This document shows positions 9,002 to 18,765 of a stretch of DNA of 47,582 nt, one piece after another. The DNA lies in the NCBI GenBank assembly GCA_035650735.1, contig DASRGZ010000179.1, positions 1 to 47,582 on the forward strand, written 5' to 3'. The stretch comes from Chthonomonadaceae bacterium. Lineage in GTDB: Bacteria; Armatimonadota; Chthonomonadetes; Chthonomonadales; Chthonomonadaceae. Both the position numbers and the translations under genes were made by a program. The notes beneath the pieces are model-generated. The model was not told the DNA's origin and did not search any database. It saw only the letters and a list, made by a program, of their open reading frames with translations. The stretch's first letter is position 1. Each line of letters starts with the position of its first letter.

Positions 9002-10015
9002 ATGTTTAAAGCAATCAGATGGGTTGTTGGCGGCCCGGCACAGGGCAGCGATCCCTCCTCAGGCGTCAGGGCGCGCTGGGAATGGCCGGCTGAGATCGGC
9101 ATCCTGGCCGTCTGCGCGCTCGTGTTTTTCTTTTTCGCCTGGCAACTGCCCGAATTCTCTTCCTTCGGCAACCTGCGCCTGCTCGCCAAGCAGGCCGCAC
9201 AGCTGGCGCTCGTCTCGACCGGAATGACGCTGGTGATCGCCACGGGCGGCATTGACATCTCCGTCGGCTCGCTGGTGGGGCTGTGCTCGATGGCGCTGGG
9301 CTGGCTTGCGGTGCGGGCGGGCTGGAATATCTGGCTGGCGGGCGCGGGCGCGGTAGTGACCGGTGCGCTGGTCGGCCTGGGCAACGGCCTGCTCATCGCG
9401 CGGGCCAAGCTGCCGCCCATCATTGTCACGCTGGCCACGTTTGCGGCGGCGCGGGCGGCGGCCTCGCTGTTCAACAACGACGGCAGCTTCTCCGACCTGC
9501 CGCTCTCGTTCAACGAAACTTTCGACCGCACCAACCTCGCCGGCCTGCCCCTGCTCTTCTGGATTGGCCTGCTGTCTCTGGCGGGAGGCAGCCTGATCCT
9601 GCGCCGCACGACCTTCGGGCGGGAACTGCTGGCCCTGGGCGGCAACCGCACCGCCGCCCGCCTGGCCGGGCTTCCCACCGCCCGCATTGAAACCCTGGTC
9701 TATGTGATCAGCGGCGGCCTGGCCGGGTTTGCTGCCGTGATCAATACTGCGCTCAAGGCGACGGCCACTCCCGACGCAGGACAATTCCTGGAGTTAACGG
9801 CGATTACGGCTGTAGTTCTTGGGGGGACATCCATCGCCGGCGGGCAGGCGACGATGGTGGGGACGGGCCTGGGAGTAGTGACCATTGTGGCGCTGCTGAG
9901 TGGCGTGCGGCTCTACGGGCAGGAAGATCAGGTGGCCTGGTTTCTGGTTGGCGCGGCGCTGCTGCTGGCCGTCGAGGTGCAGCGGTGGCGCGCTCGCCAC
10001 GCAAAAACCGATTGA
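9002..10015 (+). CDS. Monosaccharide ABC transporter permease (RbsC/LsrC type)
   Basis: GMTLVIATGGIDISVGS, LPPIIVTLAT, FGRELLALGGNRTAARLAG, ELTAITAVVLGGTSIAGG; start uncertain (8996 TTG or 9002 ATG). Confidence 0.9.
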   Translation: MFKAIRWVVGGPAQGSDPSSGVRARWEWPAEIGILAVCALVFFFFAWQLPEFSSFGNLRLLAKQAAQLALVSTGMTLVIATGGIDISVGSLVGLCSMALGWLAVRAGWNIWLAGAGAVVTGALVGLGNGLLIARAKLPPIIVTLATFAAARAAASLFNNDGSFSDLPLSFNETFDRTNLAGLPLLFWIGLLSLAGGSLILRRTTFGRELLALGGNRTAARLAGLPTARIETLVYVISGGLAGFAAVINTALKATATPDAGQFLELTAITAVVLGGTSIAGGQATMVGTGLGVVTIVALLSGVRLYGQEDQVAWFLVGAALLLAVEVQRWRARHAKTD

Positions 10016-10079
10016 ACCATCGGCGGCAGGCCAAACCCTGCCGGGAAAGTCGGGCTTAGGGGCTATCCCGTTTTCTTTC

Positions 10080-10192
10080 CGGCGGTTAAAACCGCAGCAA
10101 CAAAAGCACGAAGTGTCCCTGCGGACACTCCTTAGAGTCCGCGAAGGCGGACTTTGTGCCTTTGTTGCTGCGAATTCATTCGCCCGCAACCT
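10080..10192. repeat. REP-like multibranched palindrome (family C)
   Basis: Outer stem GCAGCAACAAAAGCACGAAGT/ACTTTGTGCCTTTGTTGCTGC, inner GTGTCCCTGCGGACAC and GTCCGCGAAGGCGGAC, then GCGAATTCATTCGC; inverted homolog at about 42239-42295. Confidence 0.8.
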
Positions 10193-10226
10193 AAAACGGA
10201 AGGACTCCGGGCGAGAGCTTAGGGGT

Positions 10227-11627
10227 TCAGGCGCTCATCGGCTCGGTGGGTGCGGACACAGCCAGGGGCAAGGGCCGCCAGCGATAGGAAGCCAGGCCCA
10301 GCATAACGACCGGGATCAGGAACGCCTCCAGGGCGACGCCCTTATACGCCTCAATGCCAGCGCGCACCAGCGCGGGGAGGGAGGCGGTCAGCATCCAGGG
10401 CGAGAGCACCGCCAGCAGATAGCCCCAGCGCGTGCGCGCGCTGGCAACGCAATAGAAGCTGTTGAAGCATTTGGCCCAGACCCAGCCGAGCACGAGGCCG
10501 CCGATAATGATGCCCGGCACGCCGAAATTGAGATACCATCCCGTCGCATGGTGGATGGTATAGCCCTGCCCGGCGACGGCCTGTACGCTGTTGGCATAGT
10601 GGAAGTAGACATCTTCCGGGCGATCCGGCCAGAGGTCGCGCGGGACGACGGACGCCGCCAGGCTTACCAGGCTGGAGCCGTAGGTAAGCGGCACCTTAAA
10701 GGTCAGCGCGCCGTACATCGAAAAATGGGCCCCGAACGCCTCATCGCTGGTGCCGAGAAACTCCATTGCCCCCTTCACGTCCTCAAAACTCATCGTGGAG
10801 ACGAAGTCGAGCATTTGAGGCAGCGGCACGCCGCGCAGCATGTCTACCAGCGCCAGGCAGACGCCCCCGAGCGCGCCAAGCCCCACCAACGCGGCCCGAT
10901 TGGGCCGTTCCGCATTGACCAGATACAGCAGGAAGGCGCCCACGCCGGTATAGAACAGCTCGTTCTTATTGCCCAGGATGAGGGTAAACAGGAACATCCC
11001 GAGCAGCACGCCCAGGTATGCCGGAACCGTCCAGCGGCCCCTGGCTCCGGTGATGTATTTCGGATTTCTACCTGAGCAGGCAATCGCCAGGCCGAGCGCA
11101 GCCGGGACGAGCGCCATTCGGTTTAGCTCCTGGTGAACCGTGAAGAAGGGCGGGACCTCCTGCGTGACGCCGCGCGTCGTCAGGTAGGCCGACATATTCA
11201 TCGCCTGTGCCGCCGCGATGCTGGGCCGGATGATGAGGTAGCTCGCCAGACCCGACAGACCGCTCAGTGCGATCAGCAGGGGATGGGAAATCTCCAGCGG
11301 CGCCACCGGCAGAGTCTTGCGCTCCGGTCGGATAAAGATCAAAATGGCGATCTCGACGGCGATAATGAAGAGGGCATAGAAGGCCAGCGACCAGAAATAG
11401 TTGTCGTCGAGCTGGATAGCAAAAAGCTTGTCTTCCAGGTAGTAGTAGTGCTTACCACTATCCCCGCCGAGCTTGTCCGTGACGATAGACCAGCCGCCAT
11501 AGAGCGACCAGTAGTAGAGGAAAAAGATCCCTATCGGGAACGCCAGGTTCCTCGTGCGCAGCCACACCAACCCGCCCAGCACGACAATCGCAATCGTGGC
11601 TACGGCAAGCAAGACGTAAAACTCCAT
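10227..11627 (-). CDS. Putative Wzy-type polysaccharide polymerase (multi-pass membrane protein)
   Basis: Many hydrophobic segments, C-terminal GWYLNFGVPGIIIGG motif typical of Wzy, last gene of the cluster. Confidence 0.7.
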   Translation of the reverse strand: MEFYVLLAVATIAIVVLGGLVWLRTRNLAFPIGIFFLYYWSLYGGWSIVTDKLGGDSGKHYYYLEDKLFAIQLDDNYFWSLAFYALFIIAVEIAILIFIRPERKTLPVAPLEISHPLLIALSGLSGLASYLIIRPSIAAAQAMNMSAYLTTRGVTQEVPPFFTVHQELNRMALVPAALGLAIACSGRNPKYITGARGRWTVPAYLGVLLGMFLFTLILGNKNELFYTGVGAFLLYLVNAERPNRAALVGLGALGGVCLALVDMLRGVPLPQMLDFVSTMSFEDVKGAMEFLGTSDEAFGAHFSMYGALTFKVPLTYGSSLVSLAASVVPRDLWPDRPEDVYFHYANSVQAVAGQGYTIHHATGWYLNFGVPGIIIGGLVLGWVWAKCFNSFYCVASARTRWGYLLAVLSPWMLTASLPALVRAGIEAYKGVALEAFLIPVVMLGLASYRWRPLPLAVSAPTEPMSA

Positions 11628-11668
11628 GCTCTTCCTTATCGCGGCGCCGCCCGCCGCACTCGTGTTAC

Positions 11669-12607
11669 CTATTTGGCCTGGAACCAGGCAACCGTGCGCC
11701 GCAGCCCTTCGGCCAGACCTATAGCTGGAGTATACCCGAAGGCTTGCCGGGCTTTGGCAATATCCGCCTGCGAATCCCGGACGTCGCCGGTCCGAGAGGG
11801 TTCGTAACGCGGCGGTATAGAAACACCTAAAATCTCTTGCAGCTCGGCAACCAGCCGGTTGAGGCTGATGCGGTCGCCGCAGCCGATATTAAAGACCTGC
11901 CCGGCCACCGCTTCGGCGGGAGCCAGCGCCGCGCGCAGATTCGCATCTACTACGTTCTCCACGTAGGTAAAATCTCGCGTCTGCTCGCCATCTCCATAAA
12001 TTACTGGAGGTTCCCGGTGCAGCAGGGCGTGGATAAAGCGGGGAACGGCCGCCGCATACTGTGAACGCGGGCTCTGGCGGGGGCCAAAGACGTTGAAATA
12101 CCGCAGCGCCACTGTTTCCAGCCCATAGACCTGGTGGAAGACCTGGCAATAGAGTTCGCCGACGTACTTGGTCACGGCATAGGGAGAGCGCGGCGTGGCC
12201 GGCATGGATTCGACTTTGGGCAGGACGGCGGTATTGCCATAGGCGGAGGAGGAAGCGGCGCAGATCACCCGGCGCACTCCGGCCTCGCGCGCCGCCAGCA
12301 GCAGGTTCAGCGTGCCGTTGACGTTGACATCGTGGCTGGCAGCCGGATCGGCAATCGAGCGGGGCACCGAGGGCAGCGCGGCCTGGTGAAACACATAGTC
12401 GATCCCTGACATCAATCGGGCCAGCAGCCCCTGATGGCGGATATCGCCCTCGACAAACCGGATGGCCGGCTCGACCTCGGCCAGATTGGCCCGCGATCCG
12501 GTCGAAAGGTTGTCGAGGACGGTCACCTCATGCCCTTCAGCTATCAGACGGCGAACCAGATGTGAGCCGATGAACCCTGCTCCGCCCGTAACCAGACTTT
12601 TCGCCAT
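11669..12607 (-). CDS. NAD-dependent nucleotide-sugar epimerase/dehydratase (extended SDR; WbpP/UDP-GlcNAc 4-epimerase-like)
   Basis: VTGGAGFIGSHL, HQAALPSVPRS, SPYAVTK, LRYFNVFGPRQ, GDGEQTRDFTYV, GDVRDSQADI. Confidence 0.92.
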   Translation of the reverse strand: MAKSLVTGGAGFIGSHLVRRLIAEGHEVTVLDNLSTGSRANLAEVEPAIRFVEGDIRHQGLLARLMSGIDYVFHQAALPSVPRSIADPAASHDVNVNGTLNLLLAAREAGVRRVICAASSSAYGNTAVLPKVESMPATPRSPYAVTKYVGELYCQVFHQVYGLETVALRYFNVFGPRQSPRSQYAAAVPRFIHALLHREPPVIYGDGEQTRDFTYVENVVDANLRAALAPAEAVAGQVFNIGCGDRISLNRLVAELQEILGVSIPPRYEPSRTGDVRDSQADIAKARQAFGYTPAIGLAEGLRRTVAWFQAK

Positions 12608-12754
12608 AAAACTTGCCACTCCTATGCTAAACTTTATCTGACCTCATCCGTTCGCTTTCCCCTCGTTAGCGGAGAGGAGGAACGAAGGTAACCGTTTTGA
12701 GTAAATTACTCCAGGTCTAAAGGGCGAGGTATCTGGCCACTTGCACCCCTTGTT

Positions 12755-13813
12755 CTATGATAAACGGCGCTGCTGCCGGCTCAGCGCGGCCCGATAGACT
12801 TCCAGCATCCGGCCCGCCAGGCACTCCAGGGAAAGCGCCTGTGCCGCCTCAAAGCCGTTGGAGCGCTGTCCGAGTTGCAGTATCTCCGCAAGGGCTTTGC
12901 CGATCTGCTCAGGATCGCGGGGCACAATCCGCGAGGGATGCACGCCCGCAAGCCGCTCGCGCACGTCGCCCACCTCCACCGAAACGACCGGCAGATTGCA
13001 CGCGATAGCCTCCTTGACGATGTTGGGCGAGCCTTCAAAGTCGCTGGTAAAGACCAGGCAGTCCGCGCCGTTCATCATCACGGGGACAAGTTTGGGTTCT
13101 ACATAGCCGTCCAGGACGACGAAGCGTATTGCGCCGCAGAGACCCTGAGCCACCTCCACGGCGGCCTGCGCTAAATCCAGGCGTTTGACCTCCGGCGTGC
13201 GGCCCGCATTGAAGAGCACGACTTTCTCCTGTGGCCCCCACCCCAATTCTGCGCGCGCCTCCTGGCGCGGGCGCGGATAGAAAACGCCGATATCCACCCC
13301 GGTCGGAATCACCGTAGCGCGGCCCTGCCGCCACCAGAGCCGCCTCTTGACCTCCTGGCTGACGCAGACGATCCGGCGGGCGCGCAGCGCCGAAAGCTGC
13401 GAGAGGAACCTGCCGATCTGCCAGCGTAGCTGCGACATGCTCGGCGCCGGGTTCAGGTCGCTGCCCCGATAGGAGACAACGAGCGGACGGCGTGTCGCCA
13501 AGACACAGAAGAAGGCAGTCACCGAGCCGAAATGGGCGTGGACAACATCGGGCGCAAACTCGCGGATCTCGGCGCGCAGCCGCCGCCATTCCCGCAGCAG
13601 GACGACGGGCGAGGTGCGGGAGGTAAGAAAGAACATCCGCCCGACGGCTCCTGCCGACTCGACGGAGGCGGCCTGCCGCTTGCAGAAGATCATGGAGGCG
13701 CCTTCGGCCTCTCCCGGTATCACCGCCAAGACGCGCAGGGGCTTTGCCGGACGGTCCTGCGCGCGCACGGCCGCCTCTCTATCTACAGGCATGGTTTCCA
13801 CTGAGCCAGCCAT
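12755..13813 (-). CDS. Glycosyltransferase, GT4 (GT-B) family
   Basis: DVVHAHF, VIPTGVD, TSDFEGSPNIVKEAIACNLPVV; start may be 13792. Confidence 0.88.
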   Translation of the reverse strand: MAGSVETMPVDREAAVRAQDRPAKPLRVLAVIPGEAEGASMIFCKRQAASVESAGAVGRMFFLTSRTSPVVLLREWRRLRAEIREFAPDVVHAHFGSVTAFFCVLATRRPLVVSYRGSDLNPAPSMSQLRWQIGRFLSQLSALRARRIVCVSQEVKRRLWWRQGRATVIPTGVDIGVFYPRPRQEARAELGWGPQEKVVLFNAGRTPEVKRLDLAQAAVEVAQGLCGAIRFVVLDGYVEPKLVPVMMNGADCLVFTSDFEGSPNIVKEAIACNLPVVSVEVGDVRERLAGVHPSRIVPRDPEQIGKALAEILQLGQRSNGFEAAQALSLECLAGRMLEVYRAALSRQQRRLS

Positions 13814-15684
13814 CGTTCCAGACTCCAGAGCATATAGATATGCTGATAGAGATTATACCGGCTGAGTTGGGCCCGTCCCCACTCTTGCGTGGCAAAGCCG
13901 GAGGTCAGCATCTGGACGTAGTCCGGGCGCACCAGCTCACGAATGTGGGCGTTGGGCGCGATGAGCGTGGCCTGAATCTCCTTGCGCCCCTGCGCGCCAA
14001 GCCAGGTATCGAGCGGGATGCCGAACCCGGCCTTGGGCTTGGCGGCGATCTCATCGGGAAGATATCGCGCGGCCAGCGCCCGCAGAAGCAGCTTGTTCCC
14101 CTGCCGCGAATATTTGAAACGCTCCGGTATCCGGGCCGCGCAGTCCAATACGGCCTCGCCCAGCAGAGGTACGCGCACCTCCAGCCCATGCGCGCTGCTC
14201 ATCACGTCTACCTTGCGCAGGTAGTCTCCCGGCAGGACGTAGCGCACGGTCGCGTCTATGAATTCGCCGCCTCCGGCATCGCACGCCGGGGCTCCGTCGC
14301 GCAGGAAGGCCGGAACATAACTGCCGATCCGCTCCATCACGGCAGGTAGGAAAATCTCTCCGAGGTTGTCCGGGAATTCGTAGCAGGAGAGCACCATCAG
14401 CCGCTCCTCATCATGCGCCGAGGCCGCCCGCAGCATCCGGTGGGCCTGCCGGGCCAGGTCGGGCGCGAAAGGAGCGATCCCGCCTGCGGCACTGCGCGCC
14501 GCCTGTAGGCACCATCCGGGCAGCCTGCCGAGCTGCCTGGCCGTCTCCGCGTGCCGGAAGCGCGGATAGCCGCCAAACATCTCATCCCCACCATCTCCCG
14601 CGATGGCCACTTTCATGCTCTGGCGTATTTTCCGGCAGATCAGGTAGGTCGGGATTGCCGACGAATCGCCGAACGGCTGGTCGAACTGGCGCAGAACGTC
14701 GTCTACCAGGCCGATGTCGGCTTCCGCCGTCTCCAGAACGATCTCATGGTGCTGGGTGCCCAGGCATTCGGCGACCTTGCGCGCATACGGCGACTCGTCA
14801 TATTCGGCCTCTGTGAACCGGACGTTGAAAGTCTCGATCTGCTGACCGAGCGCCTTCACCAGCAGGGCCACCAGCAGGGAGGAGTCGATCCCGCCGCTCA
14901 GAAACGCGCCGATGGGCACGTCGGCAATCAGGTGCTCGCGCAGGCTTTGCGTGATCGCCTGCTCGGCGCTGCGCAGGGCTTCCCCGGCCTCCTGGATTTT
15001 TGGCTCTCTCTGCCAGGCCCAGAAGCGGCCTGTGCGCGTGCCTTCGTTCGAGACCTCCATCCAGGTTCCGGGCTCCAGCTCCTGAATTCCGGCGAAGAAC
15101 GTCTCGGGAAGCAGCGGATAGCTCAGCACCAGGAAATCGGCCAGAGCGCGGTAATTGAGGCGGCGCGGGATATTGGGCGCGGCAAGAATAGCCTTCAGCT
15201 CGGATCCAAAGTAAAAGCCGCCCGCCAGACAGGCATAGTAAAGCGGCTTGATGCCCGTGCGGTCCCGGGCCAGAAACAGGCGGCGCTCCACGCTGTCATA
15301 GAGGGCGAACGCGAACATGCCGTGCAGGCGTTCCAGGCAGGCCCGTCCCCAGCGCCGATACGCTTCCAGCAGCACCTCGGTATCCGAGCGCGTTCGGAAT
15401 GTATGCCCCAGACCTTCGAGCTCCTGGCGAACCGCCTGGAAGTTATAGATCTCGCCGTTGAAGGTAATGACGAAGCGCCCATCCCCCGACGGCATCGGCT
15501 GCGCGCCGCCGGCAAGGTCAATAATAGCCAGGCGAGTATGTCCCAACCCGACGCCCGCCGCCTCGTGCAGCCAGGTCGCCTGCCCATCCGGCCCACGATG
15601 CTGCAGGGCATCGGTCATCGCCTGTAAGATGGCCGGGGCGCGCGCCGGGTCGTCTATTCTATAGAAACCACAGATTCCGCACAC
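13783..15684 (-). CDS. asnB: Asparagine synthase (glutamine-hydrolysing)-like amidotransferase
   Basis: GTG start gives the MCGI Ntn terminus; HRGPD, RLAIIDL, FNGEIYN, FLSGGIDSS, GDGGDEMFGGY. Confidence 0.92.
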   Translation of the reverse strand: MCGICGFYRIDDPARAPAILQAMTDALQHRGPDGQATWLHEAAGVGLGHTRLAIIDLAGGAQPMPSGDGRFVITFNGEIYNFQAVRQELEGLGHTFRTRSDTEVLLEAYRRWGRACLERLHGMFAFALYDSVERRLFLARDRTGIKPLYYACLAGGFYFGSELKAILAAPNIPRRLNYRALADFLVLSYPLLPETFFAGIQELEPGTWMEVSNEGTRTGRFWAWQREPKIQEAGEALRSAEQAITQSLREHLIADVPIGAFLSGGIDSSLLVALLVKALGQQIETFNVRFTEAEYDESPYARKVAECLGTQHHEIVLETAEADIGLVDDVLRQFDQPFGDSSAIPTYLICRKIRQSMKVAIAGDGGDEMFGGYPRFRHAETARQLGRLPGWCLQAARSAAGGIAPFAPDLARQAHRMLRAASAHDEERLMVLSCYEFPDNLGEIFLPAVMERIGSYVPAFLRDGAPACDAGGGEFIDATVRYVLPGDYLRKVDVMSSAHGLEVRVPLLGEAVLDCAARIPERFKYSRQGNKLLLRALAARYLPDEIAAKPKAGFGIPLDTWLGAQGRKEIQATLIAPNAHIRELVRPDYVQMLTSGFATQEWGRAQLSRYNLYQHIYMLWSLERWLAQWKPCL

Positions 15685-15719
15685 TTGACTTTCTGCTCCT
15701 GTCCACCAGGCCACCCGGA

Positions 15720-15898
15720 GCCGGGCATTGAAAATACCCGGCTCTAGGGCGGTTACGCCGCCGACCGTCCTTTGGACGGAACCACCTGGCTTTACTGGGC
15801 GTCCGCCAGGACGCCTGGCCTCGCTAGGCAGAGGCGCGAACCATTGCAGCGCCGACCCTTGCAGTAGGCCCTCCAGACGGGTACTTTCCGTGCCCGGC
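15720..15898. repeat. Composite palindromic repeat family A, copy 1
   Basis: Terminal hairpins GCCGGGCATTGAAAATACCCGGC and GACGGGTACTTTCCGTGCCCGGC in inverted orientation; internal CCGTCC..GGACGG and GCGTCC..GGACGC hairpins. Confidence 0.85.
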
Positions 15899-15905
15899 GT
15901 CGAGT

Positions 15906-16895
15906 TTACCGACTGAAGAGATCCTTCCGCAAAGAGGGGAGAGAGACAAAGGCTGCCCAGCGCAGCAGCTTCATCCAGGCGCGGCGGTCACACAGGTCAT
16001 GACGCAGCGCCGAGAGATAGAGGCGCAGCGCCTGGCCGTAAAATCCGGCCAACATCACCCGATCCGCCTGCCGCAGCAGAATATCCCGCTTTCTGTCCTC
16101 GGACGCAACCTGCTCCTCGGCATAGCGCAGCGCGGCGCAGAAATCCTCTTCCCCGCTCTGGCGCATCACGGCCAGCTTATGGATGAGGAGCTTGGCCACC
16201 GCCTGATCCCGCGCGCGCTTGGTCGAGACGGAACCGCGCGTGATCCGGTGATGGTAGAGCGGTTCGGGCAGATTGGCCCCGCCAAACCGCTCGCAGAGCC
16301 GCCAGAAGCAATCATAGTCCTGGGAACAGGGCAGCTCTTCCCGATAGCCTCCGATCTGCTCTGCCGCCGCCCGACGAAGGCAGACCGAGCCATGACAGAA
16401 GGGATTTCCCGCTGGAAATGCCGTTATGATCGCCTCCGGGGTCTCCGGGAAGGGGCCTTGCCAGAGCGGCGCGCCATCCTCCCGATGCAGCAGGATATGG
16501 CTGCCCACCATGCCGATCTGCGGATTCGCCCGCAGGAACGCCACTTGCCGCTCAAAGCGCTCCGGCTCCGACCAATCATCTGAGTCCTGGCGGCAGATGA
16601 ACTCGCCCCGGCAGTAGGACAGGCCGACATTGAGCGTGCGGGTCAGCCCCCGGTGCGGCTCCCGGCAGAGCCGGATGCGCGCGTCCTGATTTGCCAGCGC
16701 TTCCAGGGCCGAAAGCGTCTGCGCATCCGTCGAGCCATCGTCCAGGAGCAGAAACTCGAAATCGGCAAACGTCTGGCACAGCACCGAGCGCACCGCGCGT
16801 TCGAGCACGGCAGGCTGCTCGTTATAGACCGACATCAGGACGGAGACGACGGGCCGCCGCTCCTTGTCTTGCGCCTTTGACTCTGGTCCGCTCAC
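15906..16895 (-). CDS. Glycosyltransferase, GT2 (GT-A) family
   Basis: VSVLMSVYN, LDDGSTD, RQDSDD, QDYD; GTG at 16895 overlaps the asnB TGA (GTGA). Confidence 0.9.
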   Translation of the reverse strand: MSGPESKAQDKERRPVVSVLMSVYNEQPAVLERAVRSVLCQTFADFEFLLLDDGSTDAQTLSALEALANQDARIRLCREPHRGLTRTLNVGLSYCRGEFICRQDSDDWSEPERFERQVAFLRANPQIGMVGSHILLHREDGAPLWQGPFPETPEAIITAFPAGNPFCHGSVCLRRAAAEQIGGYREELPCSQDYDCFWRLCERFGGANLPEPLYHHRITRGSVSTKRARDQAVAKLLIHKLAVMRQSGEEDFCAALRYAEEQVASEDRKRDILLRQADRVMLAGFYGQALRLYLSALRHDLCDRRAWMKLLRWAAFVSLPSLRKDLFSR

Positions 16896-18685
16896 CAGGT
16901 GGCCCTCCACACTTGCGCCCAGACTGCGAACGTGAGCAGCGCCCAGATTCGCTCGTATTCCGCCGCCTTTCCCTGCGGCAGCGCCCGCAGCAGACGGGCC
17001 TGCGCCTCGCCCTCCAACAGCGGAGTCGGCAGGTACTCCGCGAGCAGCGGCTGCAGCGGCCCCTCCAACCAGCGGACAACGGGAGCGCCGAAGCCATACT
17101 TGGGACGGTCGAGAATCTCGGTGGGCAGGACGCCGCGCAGGGCCGCGCGCAGCAGCACCTTCTTCGCGCGGCCCTGCGCCAGGTCTTCGGACGGCAGGCG
17201 CTGCGCCCACTCCAGCAGGCGGTGATCCAGAAACGGGCTGCGGCCCTCGATGGAGTGGGCCATCAGCGCGATGTCCATTTTATACAGCAGGTCGTGGGCC
17301 AGGTAGAGATGGCGATCCCCCCACAGGGCCAGGTGCAGCGCGTCCGGCGCTTTGTAACCCTGAAGGAACGGCTCCGCCTCCAGCAGTCGGCCCAGGCTAT
17401 CGCCCGTTGAATGCGCGGCGCCAAGCAGCTCCTGCCGCTCCCGTCGGCGCAGGAGGGACTTGGATTGAAAATAGACTTGCCAGGGCTGGCCGAACCGACC
17501 GTCCTTCAGCCCCGCTGCCGCCGCCAGCGATTTGAGAAACTGCTTGCGCGCGATCTCCTCGTAGTGCCGATACCCGGCAAACGCCTCATCCCCGCCGTCT
17601 CCGTTCAGGATGACCTTGAACCGCCCCTGCGTGGCCTGCGCGATATAGTACGAGGGAACGCTGGAGGTATCCGCGAACGGCTCATCATAGTACCAGACGA
17701 TGCGGGCCAGATCGGCGGCCAGGTCTTGTCCGGAGGCAGCGATCACCTCCTGCTCCAGGCCCAGATGCGCGGCGGCCTGGCGCGCAAAGGGCAGGTCCGT
17801 CTGATCCTGGTCGAAGGCGACGGTAAAGGCGCGCAGGGAGCATCCCTGCCGGACGCACTCCGCCGCCACCGCCGACGAGTCCACGCCGCCGCTCAGGAAG
17901 AGGCCGATGGGCACGTCCGAGCGCAGTCGGATGCGAACGGCCTCCTCAAAGAGAGCGCGAAACTCTTCCAGGCGTCCCTCCCGCGTAGATGCCGGGCGCA
18001 CGTCGCTGCACTCCGGGAACCAGTAGCGCGTCACCTGAAGCTGCCCGTCGGCCAGCTTTAAGTAGTGTCCGGGCGGAAGCTTGCGCACCTGGCGAAAAAT
18101 GCTCAGCGGGGCCGGGATATAGCCGAGCGCGAAATAGACGTCCACCGCCTCCGGGTCCAGGCGCGGCGCGCATTCCGGCAGGGCCAGGAGCGCCTTCATC
18201 TCGGAGGCGAAGGCAAACCGCTGCCCATCCCAGTAATAGAGCAGCGGCTTCTTGCCGACTCGATCCCGCGCCAGGAAAAGCGTCCGCTCCTCCCGGTCCC
18301 AGATGGCGAAGGCGAACATGCCGCAGAGCCGGTCCAGAGCTTTCGCTCCCCAGGCCGCGTAGGCGTGGAGCAGCACCTCGGTATCGCTGTCAGAGGTGAA
18401 CGGCACCTCTTGCCGTTCTAGCTCCGCGCGCAGCTCGACGTAGTTATAAATTTCCCCGTTGTAGACGATGGTGAAGCGGCCATCCGGGGTCGTCATCGGC
18501 TGATGGCCCTTCGGGGAGAGGTCCAGGATAGCTAAGCGCCGCATCCCCAGCGCCACCGAGGCGTCCGGGGTCAGGAACGCGCCGGCGTCGTCCGGCCCCC
18601 GATGCTCCAGCCGATCTCGCATGGCGAGCAACAGGTCTTCCGTGAGAGGCCGGTTAAAATCGGCGATACCAACAATGCCGCACAA
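16892..18685 (-). CDS. asnB: Asparagine synthase (glutamine-hydrolysing)-like amidotransferase, second paralog
   Basis: TTG start MCGI, HRGPD, RRLAILDL, YNGEIYN, FLSGGVDSS, GDGGDEAFAGY, EGRSPFLD. Confidence 0.93.
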   Translation of the reverse strand: MCGIVGIADFNRPLTEDLLLAMRDRLEHRGPDDAGAFLTPDASVALGMRRLAILDLSPKGHQPMTTPDGRFTIVYNGEIYNYVELRAELERQEVPFTSDSDTEVLLHAYAAWGAKALDRLCGMFAFAIWDREERTLFLARDRVGKKPLLYYWDGQRFAFASEMKALLALPECAPRLDPEAVDVYFALGYIPAPLSIFRQVRKLPPGHYLKLADGQLQVTRYWFPECSDVRPASTREGRLEEFRALFEEAVRIRLRSDVPIGLFLSGGVDSSAVAAECVRQGCSLRAFTVAFDQDQTDLPFARQAAAHLGLEQEVIAASGQDLAADLARIVWYYDEPFADTSSVPSYYIAQATQGRFKVILNGDGGDEAFAGYRHYEEIARKQFLKSLAAAAGLKDGRFGQPWQVYFQSKSLLRRRERQELLGAAHSTGDSLGRLLEAEPFLQGYKAPDALHLALWGDRHLYLAHDLLYKMDIALMAHSIEGRSPFLDHRLLEWAQRLPSEDLAQGRAKKVLLRAALRGVLPTEILDRPKYGFGAPVVRWLEGPLQPLLAEYLPTPLLEGEAQARLLRALPQGKAAEYERIWALLTFAVWAQVWRATW

Positions 18686-18709
18686 AATCCTACCTCGCTG
18701 TGTTAGTTG

Positions 18710-18765
18710 CTAGGGTTCTAAGGTTCTAGGTACTTAGGCCCCTAGCACCCTAGCCCCTTAGCACC
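18710..18765. repeat. Seven degenerate 8-bp tandem units (YTAG core) arranged as an inverted hairpin
   Basis: CTAGGGTT CTAAGGTT CTAGGTAC TTAGGCCC CTAGCACC CTAGCCCC TTAGCACC. Confidence 0.7.

Noticed and set aside
9900..11075. 391-aa plus-strand ORF and the many other long antisense or overlapping ORFs in the track
   Set aside because: They are shadows of well-supported genes in GC-rich DNA and have no recognisable motifs
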